A program made the translations under genes and the position numbers. Shown here one piece after another: positions 58,338 to 64,000 of a stretch of 64,000 bases of DNA; position 1 is the first letter of the stretch; the number at the start of each line of letters is the position of its first letter. The stretch covers positions 8,614-72,613 of the forward strand of contig DATLZQ010000052.1 in assembly GCA_035573915.1 (NCBI GenBank), written 5' to 3'. The DNA is from Actinomycetota bacterium. GTDB taxonomy: Bacteria; Actinomycetota; UBA4738. Below the pieces are notes generated by a model, which saw nothing but the letters and a program-made list of their open reading frames with translations, had not been told where the DNA came from and made no database searches.

Positions 58338-59288
58338 CTAGACCGTCAAGGGCTCGCGGACGCCGGCGGGGAGCGAGAAACGGAGGTGCTCCTCGACGGT
58401 GCGGAGCTCCTCCACCTCCCGGGCCCCCAGCCGCCTGAGGTGCTCCACCACCCGCTCCACGAGCCACTCCGGAGCGGAGGCCCCAGAGGTGACCCCCACG
58501 GTGCGGGCGGAGGCGAGCCAGGTGGGGTCGATCTCGGTCTCGTCGTCCACGAGGTAGGCGGGGGTGCCGGTGGCCCGGGCCACCTCCACCAGGCGGTTGG
58601 AGTTGGAAGAGTTGTCCGACCCGATGACCAGGACCACGTCGGACCTCCGGGCCACCTCCTTCACCGCCTCCTGCCGGTTCTGGGTGGCGTAGCAGATGTC
58701 GTCCCGGGGCGGGCCCTCCAGGGCCGGAAAGCGGCGTCGCAGGACCTCGATGACCTCGTTGGTCTCGTCCACGGACAGCGTGGTCTGGGAGAGGTAGGCC
58801 ACCCGCCCAGGGTCCGGGACCTCGACCCGCTCGGCCTCCTCGGGCGAGCCGACCAAGATGGTGCGGTCCGGGGCCTCACCGCTCGTCCCCACCACTTCCT
58901 CGTGCCCCTCGTGCCCGATGAGGAGGATCGTGTAGCCCTCGCGGGCGAACCGGCGGGCTTCGAGGTGGACCTTGGTGACGAGCGGACAGGTGGCGTCGAT
59001 CACCCGCAGCCGGCGACGGGCCGCGTTCTCGTACACCTGGGGGGCCACCCCGTGCGCCGAGAGGATGAGCACGGCCCCTTCGGGGACCTCGGCCTCGTCC
59101 TCGACGAACACCGCCCCCTTGGCCTCGAGGTCCCGCACCACGTGGACGTTGTGGACGATCTGCTTGCGCACGTAGACGGGGGGCCCGTAGAGGCGGAGGG
59201 CCCGCTCCACGGTGTCCACCGCGCGCTCCACCCCCGCGCAGTAGCCGCGAGGCCAGGCCAGCAGGACTCGTTCCGGCACGTGCCACAT
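58338..59288 (-). CDS. ispH: 4-hydroxy-3-methylbut-2-enyl diphosphate reductase
   Basis: ATG at 59288. Conserved Cys ligands (GYCAGV, ATCPLV, DICYAT) and [10 protein letters not shown] motif. Confidence 0.9.
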   Translation of the reverse strand: MWHVPERVLLAWPRGYCAGVERAVDTVERALRLYGPPVYVRKQIVHNVHVVRDLEAKGAVFVEDEAEVPEGAVLILSAHGVAPQVYENAARRRLRVIDATCPLVTKVHLEARRFAREGYTILLIGHEGHEEVVGTSGEAPDRTILVGSPEEAERVEVPDPGRVAYLSQTTLSVDETNEVIEVLRRRFPALEGPPRDDICYATQNRQEAVKEVARRSDVVLVIGSDNSSNSNRLVEVARATGTPAYLVDDETEIDPTWLASARTVGVTSGASAPEWLVERVVEHLRRLGAREVEELRTVEEHLRFSLPAGVREPLTV

Positions 59289-59407
59289 CGTACCCACCGG
59301 GCCGCGCCCGGGCCCCGTCGCAACGAAACCTCCACGAACGGTCCCCCGCCTGGGCCGGGGCCCGGTGCCGCGGGCGGCGGCGCCGGGCCGGCGCGCCGCC
59401 GTTCGCG

Positions 59408-59743
59408 TCAGCGGCGGACCGGCCCGCCGGGACCGGGGAGCCCGAGGATGGCGTCTCGGACCTCGGCCAGGGTGGGGGCGACCAGGTCCGCCCCGTCCAC
59501 CCGTCCCACGGCCACGACCCGGACCGTGGACCGGGCCCGCCGGGCCGCCTCCACGGCCGCCGCCCCCAGGGACCCGTCCACGACGACCACGTCCGGGCCC
59601 CACTCGCCCACCTGACGGCCCAGCTCCTCGACGGAGGTGGCCCCGCCGACGAGCTCCCACTGGGCGGACACGGCCGCCCGCTTGAGCTCCCCCAGCCGCT
59701 CCGGCGTGGGGGCGGCGCACAGCACCTTGAGGGCCCGGCACAT
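59408..59743 (-). CDS. Hypothetical protein (CheY-like receiver-resembling fold?)
   Basis: 112 codons from ATG at 59743 ([14 protein letters not shown]...DVVVVD...VRVVAV). Alternating beta/alpha pattern, but no clear phospho-acceptor motif set. Confidence 0.35.
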   Translation of the reverse strand: MCRALKVLCAAPTPERLGELKRAAVSAQWELVGGATSVEELGRQVGEWGPDVVVVDGSLGAAAVEAARRARSTVRVVAVGRVDGADLVAPTLAEVRDAILGLPGPGGPVRR

Positions 59744-59813
59744 CCCAATCGAGCCTACCGGGCCGGCCGCTAGGCTGGGCGTGGGGAGCGACGTCCGAAG
59801 GGGAGGGAGCGAC

Positions 59814-60623
59814 GTGCTTCCGGAGGCCGTCCGGGGGTTCTGGTACCGGCTCGGGGAGGCCGGGGGGCGGACACGGCGCACCGCCTGGGGGTTCGTCCGC
59901 GCCGACGCCCGCTACCCCCTCCTCCACGAGGCGAACATGGCCGCCGTCCTCGAGGAGTGGGCCGGGCTCCAGCCGGAGGACGTCCGCTCCGCCCTCCTCC
60001 CGCTCCTCGAGGAGGCGGGGGCTTCCCACGACCACGTGGAGTTCTGGGCCTCGCAGGCCTCCCCGGCCGTGCGGGCCCTCCGGGCGGAGGGCTGGGGCGA
60101 GGCTCACGACGCGCTGATGGGCTGGGAGGGCGGGAGGCCGACCCTCCCATCCGGGCCCGTGGTGGTCCGCGAGGTCTCCGAGTCCGAGCCCGGGTTCCTC
60201 CCCTGGTACCGGGCCAGCCGCCACGACTTCGGAGAGCAGGCCCTGGCCCCGGCCGTCGTGGACCAGCTCTTAGGACGCCACCTCGAGGTCCTCCGCCCGC
60301 TCGGCCTCCGGTGGTTCGTGGGCTTCCTGGACGGGGAGATGGCCGGGCTGGCCAGCCTCGTCTCCCTGGACGGGGTCCGCTACGTGGACAGCGTGGTCAC
60401 CGCGCCCCGGTTCCGTCGGCGGGGCGTGGCCACCGCCACCGTCCTGCGGACCGTGCGGGAGAGCCTGGCCACGGGCGACCGAACCCTCCACCTCCTGGCC
60501 GTGGAGGGCGGCAAGCCGCAGCGGCTGTACGAGCGGCTGGGGTTCCGGGTCTGGGGCCGGGTGGTGACCTTCAACCGCCCTCGCCTCCTCGCCCCCGCGC
60601 CCGGGACGGGAGGGTCGAGCTGA
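59814..60623 (+). CDS. GNAT-family N-acetyltransferase
   Basis: GTG after GAAGGGGAGGGAG. Acetyl-CoA motif A ([10 protein letters not shown]) in the C-terminal half. Confidence 0.7.
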   Translation: MLPEAVRGFWYRLGEAGGRTRRTAWGFVRADARYPLLHEANMAAVLEEWAGLQPEDVRSALLPLLEEAGASHDHVEFWASQASPAVRALRAEGWGEAHDALMGWEGGRPTLPSGPVVVREVSESEPGFLPWYRASRHDFGEQALAPAVVDQLLGRHLEVLRPLGLRWFVGFLDGEMAGLASLVSLDGVRYVDSVVTAPRFRRRGVATATVLRTVRESLATGDRTLHLLAVEGGKPQRLYERLGFRVWGRVVTFNRPRLLAPAPGTGGSS

Positions 60624-61462
60624 TGGAGCCCGCCGCCCTCCGCGCTCTCGTCGAGCGGGCCCTCGCCGAGGACGCCCCCGCCGGGGACCTGACCACGGAC
60701 CTGGTCGTGGGCGAGCGAACGAGGTGCCGGGCGGAGCTCCAGGCGAAGGCGGACGGGGTGCTGGCCGGGACGGCCGTGGCCCAGGCGGCCTTCGAGGTGG
60801 CGGCGGAGCAGGACGGCCTGGGGCCCGTGTCGGTCGCCTGGCGCGCCGCCGACGGGGCGGCGGTCCGACAGGGGGACGTGGTGGCGGTGGTGGAGGGGCC
60901 GGCCCGGACGGTCTTGCGGGCCGAGCGGGTGGCCATCAACTTCCTCGCCCACCTGTCCGGGGTGGCCACCCTCACCCGGGCCTTCGCGGAGGCCGCCCGC
61001 CCCGCCCGGGTCCTCTGCACCCGCAAGACCACCCCCGGCCTGCGGGAGCTCGAACGGGAGGCGGTGGCCGCCGGCGGCGGCGAGCTGCACCGGGCGTCCC
61101 TCTCCGAGGCGGTCCTCGTGAAGGACAACCACCTGCGGGTGGCCGGTGGCCTGGCCGAGGCCGTGCGGCGGGCCCGGGCCTCCGGCCACCCGGTGGAGGT
61201 GGAGGCCGAGACCCGGGAGGAGGTGGAGGAGGCCCTGGCCGCAGGGGCCGACCGCATCCTGCTCGACAACCCCACGCCCGACCTCGTCCGGTGGGCGGTG
61301 GAGCGGGTGGGCGACCCCGAGCGGCTGGAGGTCTCGGGCGGGGTCACGCTCGATTCGCTACCATTGCTGGTCGAAGCGGGTGCGCGGGTCATCTCCGTGG
61401 GCCGGATCACCCACTCCGCGCCCTCGCTGGACCTCTCCCTCGAGGTGACGGATGTCTGGTGA
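60623..61462 (+). CDS. nadC: Nicotinate-nucleotide pyrophosphorylase (carboxylating)
   Basis: ATG overlaps the GNAT stop (TGATG). Type II PRTase/QAPRTase motifs ([17 protein letters not shown]). Confidence 0.88.
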   Translation: MEPAALRALVERALAEDAPAGDLTTDLVVGERTRCRAELQAKADGVLAGTAVAQAAFEVAAEQDGLGPVSVAWRAADGAAVRQGDVVAVVEGPARTVLRAERVAINFLAHLSGVATLTRAFAEAARPARVLCTRKTTPGLRELEREAVAAGGGELHRASLSEAVLVKDNHLRVAGGLAEAVRRARASGHPVEVEAETREEVEEALAAGADRILLDNPTPDLVRWAVERVGDPERLEVSGGVTLDSLPLLVEAGARVISVGRITHSAPSLDLSLEVTDVW

Positions 61463-62429
61463 CCGCGGGTTCGAGGAGTGGGCGGGGGAGGTCCGTCGTC
61501 TCGCCCGAGAGCGACGGGCCGTGATCCTGGCCCACAACTACCAGGTGCCCTGGATCCAGGACGTGGCCGACTTCGTGGGGGACTCCCTCCAGCTGGCGCG
61601 CCAGGCCGCCCGGACCGACGCCGAGGTCATCGTGTTCTGCGGGGTCCACTTCATGGCCGAGACGGCCAAGATCGTCTGCCCGGACCGCACCGTCCTCATC
61701 CCCGACCTCGACGCCGGCTGCTCGCTCTCCGCCACCATCACCGCCGAGCAGCTCCGGGTCTGGAAGGCGGAGCACCCAGGGGCCGTGGTGGTGGCCTACG
61801 TCAACACCTCAGCCGAGGTGAAGGCGGAGGCCGACATCTGCTGCACCTCCTCGAACGCCGTGGACGTGGTGCGCTCCATCCCCGAGGACCGGGAGATCCT
61901 GTTCCTCCCGGACTGGTTCCTGGGCCTGCACGTGGAGCGGGAGACCGGCCGGCGGATGCACCTGTGGATGGGCGAGTGCCACGTGCACGCCGGCATCGGG
62001 CCCCAGGAGATCCGGGCCAAGGCGGAGGCCCACCCGGACGCCGAGTTCCTCATCCATCCCGAGTGCGGCTGCTCCACGGAGTGCCTGTACCTGGTGAGCG
62101 AGGGGGTCCTCCCGGCCGACCGGACCAAGGTCCTCTCCACGGGCGGGATGATCCGGGAGGTCCAGCGCTCTCCGGCCACCCGGTTCCTCGTGGCCACCGA
62201 GACCGGCATCCTGCACCAGCTGCGCAGGCGCCGCCCGGACGCCATGTTCGAGGCCGTGAACGAGCGGGCCGTGTGCGAATACATGAAGATGATCACCCCG
62301 GAGAAGCTGCTCCGCTCCCTCCGGGAGATGGTCTACGAGGTCACCGTGCCCGAGGACGTCCGGGAACGGGCCTTCCTCGCGGTCCAGCGGATGCTCGAGG
62401 TGGTCCCCGCTGGCGCCCCCGGCGGGTAG
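61452..62429 (+). CDS. nadA: Quinolinate synthase
   Basis: [14 protein letters not shown], three conserved Cys regions (CSLS, CCTSSN, CHVHAGI) typical of NadA. Confidence 0.9.
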   Translation: MSGDRGFEEWAGEVRRLARERRAVILAHNYQVPWIQDVADFVGDSLQLARQAARTDAEVIVFCGVHFMAETAKIVCPDRTVLIPDLDAGCSLSATITAEQLRVWKAEHPGAVVVAYVNTSAEVKAEADICCTSSNAVDVVRSIPEDREILFLPDWFLGLHVERETGRRMHLWMGECHVHAGIGPQEIRAKAEAHPDAEFLIHPECGCSTECLYLVSEGVLPADRTKVLSTGGMIREVQRSPATRFLVATETGILHQLRRRRPDAMFEAVNERAVCEYMKMITPEKLLRSLREMVYEVTVPEDVRERAFLAVQRMLEVVPAGAPGG

Positions 62430-62592
62430 CGCCGCCGCCGACCCTCCCCGGGCTCCGCCCCTCCCGGTCCCCCACCTTCCGCCGAGAGCCCGGGTCCGGT
62501 AGCATGCGCTCCTCCCCCGGGCGTCCCGCCAGAGGGCGGGCGCCGCCCGGGGGAGGCCCGACCTGGGGCCCACCGGGGAGAGGAGGAACGCC

Positions 62593-63317
62593 ATGCCGAT
62601 CAGCGCGGACGCCCTGGGGACCACCCTGGGGGTGTGGGCCCACCCCGACGACGAGGCCTACCTCACGGCCGGCCTCATGGCCTCCGGGGTGCGGCAGGGG
62701 CGACGGGTGGCCTGCGTGACCGCCACCAGGGGCGAGCAGGGGTCCTGGGACGAGGAGCGGTGGCCCACCTCCGAGATTGGGGCGGTGCGGGAGGCCGAGC
62801 TCATGCGGTCCCTGGAGATCCTGGGGGTCACCGAGCACTACTGGTTGGACTACCCGGACGGGGGCTGCCCGGACGTCGACCCGGAGGAGGCGGTGGGGCG
62901 CGTGGCGGAGATCATGTTCGCCGTCCGGCCCCGGACCGTCCTCACCTTCGGGCCCGACGGGATGACCGGCCACCCCGACCACAAGGCCGTCAGCGCCTGG
63001 GCCACGGAGGCCTTCCACCGGGTGGCCGCGCCCGGGGCCCGCCTCTTCTACCCGGTGCACACCCTCGAGTGGGCCGAGGTCTTCGTCCCCCGGTTCAACC
63101 GGTTCAACGTGTTCATGGAGCCCGGGACGCCGCCCGTGGTGCCGAGGGACCAACTGGCCATCGACTTCCGGCTCCCCCCCGACCTCCTCGAGCTCAAGCT
63201 GCGGGCCATCGCGGCCCACGTGAGCCAGGTGGAGGGCATGATGCGGGCGCCTTCGGGGAGGACGTCTTCCGGGAGGGGGGCAAGGCGGAGACCTTCGCCC
63301 TGGCCGCCACCAAGTAG
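62593..63317 (+). CDS. PIG-L/LmbE-family deacetylase (mycothiol MshB/Mca-like) with an apparent +1 frameshift near the 3' end
   Basis: VWAHPDDE, HPDH motifs. The conserved C-terminus (AFGEDVFRE...) continues in the frame of ORF 62634..63317 after about nt 63245-63252, so either a sequencing error or a genuine lesion. Confidence 0.65.
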
Positions 63318-63353
63318 TCCCATGGGGGACCGAGGGGCCGCCTCTCCCTCGCC

Positions 63354-63688
63354 GTGGCCCTGCTGGGCTCGGGGGAGTTCGAGCCCTGGGCCGAGGAGGT
63401 CGACCGGTGGGTGCTGGAGCGGGCCCGGGACCGCGGGCCGGTCCTGGTCCTCCCCACGGCCAGCGCCCCGGAGGGGGAGGACGTCTTCGAGCGGTGAGCG
63501 GCCCTCGGGGTGGACCACTACCGGCGCCAGGGCGTGACCGCCGAGGTCCTCCCCCTGCGGACCCGGGAGGATGCCGAACGGCCCGAGCTGGCCCCGGAGC
63601 TGGCCCGGGCCTCCATGGTGTTCTTCTCCGACGGCAACCCCGCCTACCTGGCCTCGAGGTGCCCCTCCTGGAGGCGGTGCCGGACTGA
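63354..63688 (+). pseudogene. Peptidase S51 (cyanophycinase / peptidase E-like) gene remnant with in-frame TGA and 3' truncation
   Basis: VALLGSGEFEPWAEE ... VLVLPTASAPEGEDVFER*AALGVDHYRRQGV...MVFFSDGNPAYLA. TGA at 63495-63497 sits where cyanophycinase-family members have Trp (TGG). The frame then shifts and ends at 63688, leaving only about 110 codons against an expected 250+. Confidence 0.5.
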
Positions 63689-63692
63689 GCCG

Positions 63693-64000
63693 CTACCCCC
63701 GCCCCTCGGCCTCCGACAGGAGGTCGCGGACCTCCTCTCGCCTGGCCCCGAAGGGCGCCGCCTCGAGGTAGGCCCGGAAGGCCCGGGCCGCCTCCTCCGG
63801 GCGGTCCAGGCCCCGCAGCAGGATTAGGCCCCGGAAGTAGAGGGCCTCGGGGTAGTGGGGGTCGGCCCGGAGGGCCCGGTCAACGGCCTCCAGCCCCCGC
63901 TCGGGGCGCCCCGAGCGGAAGAGGACGAACCCCAGCCTGGCCAGGGCCTCGGGGTTCTCGGGGTCGAGCTCCAACGCCACCAGGTACTGGGCGGTGGCGC
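63693..64000 (-). CDS. Tetratricopeptide-repeat protein, C-terminal part (N-terminus beyond window end)
   Basis: TPR consensus (ALARLGFVLFRSGRPERGLEAVDRALRADPHYPEALYFRGL...). Reading frame remains open to nt 64000. Confidence 0.6.
   Translation of the reverse strand, partial: ATAQYLVALELDPENPEALARLGFVLFRSGRPERGLEAVDRALRADPHYPEALYFRGLILLRGLDRPEEAARAFRAYLEAAPFGARREEVRDLLSEAEGRG

Noticed and set aside
63495-63497. In-frame TGA in the cyanophycinase-like remnant as a possible selenocysteine codon
   Set aside because: The position corresponds to a conserved Trp (TGG) in the family. No SECIS-like context is apparent. The gene is additionally frameshifted and truncated, so a nonsense lesion is far more likely.
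1-64000. CRISPR arrays, tRNA/rRNA genes, transposases/integrases, prophage or conjugative genes
   Set aside because: Intergenic regions are short (at most about 235 nt) and contain only the small repeats listed. There are no repeat-spacer arrays, no cloverleaf-like candidates in intergenic gaps, and no recombinase or transposase-like ORFs.

Overview
This is a very high-GC (about 70%+) bacterial chromosomal segment. Gene content and codon bias point to Actinomycetota. That inference rests on F420-linked enzymes, a mycothiol-type PIG-L/LmbE deacetylase, a PadR regulator with a Gly/Pro/Trp-rich N-terminus, frequent GTG starts and 4-nt start/stop overlaps. The window is densely packed with roughly 65 protein-coding genes, most with clear family-level homology. 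I saw no rRNA, tRNA, CRISPR array, transposase or integrase.

Main blocks, in order:
- Methionine/threonine: two translationally coupled MetE-like half genes, then hom.
- hutU and a HAD hydrolase.
- A LacI-regulated beta-glucoside (cellobiose-type) uptake locus: GH1 glucosidase, two permeases, a lipoprotein substrate-binding protein, LacI with palindromic operators.
- thiE plus a PurM-superfamily (ThiL-like) gene joined by a 35-bp tandem repeat.
- fumC with paired hairpin repeats upstream.
- A PadR/ABC efflux operon whose ATPase is frameshifted.
- A Fur-family regulator.
- An orphan AmmeMemoRadiSam radical SAM gene, followed by a LON-N-domain protein and a PLP decarboxylase.
- Reverse transsulfuration (CBS, DUF429, cystathionine gamma-lyase).
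- A 1288-aa secreted fusion of a nucleotide pyrophosphatase/phosphodiesterase domain with a 5'-nucleotidase.
- A CoA pyrophosphatase, CoA-binding protein and DUF4177 trio.
- A decayed pyridine-nucleotide-disulfide oxidoreductase remnant followed by IscA.
- An F420-related module: FrhB-like protein, 7Fe ferredoxin, LLM F420 oxidoreductase.
- A large polyamine-to-GABA catabolic island: agmatinase, class-III aminotransferase, potABCD, flavin oxidoreductase, two aldehyde dehydrogenases, gabT.
- A molybdopterin oxidoreductase, an MgtE-like transporter with TrkA-C partner, a secreted matrixin protease, ispH, nadC, nadA.
- A frameshifted LmbE-like deacetylase and a cyanophycinase-like remnant with an in-frame TGA.

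The most unusual items are the split MetE, the NPP-5'-nucleotidase fusion, the F420/ferredoxin module, and several small repeat or pseudogene structures. All homology calls are from reading motifs by eye. Nothing was searched against a database.
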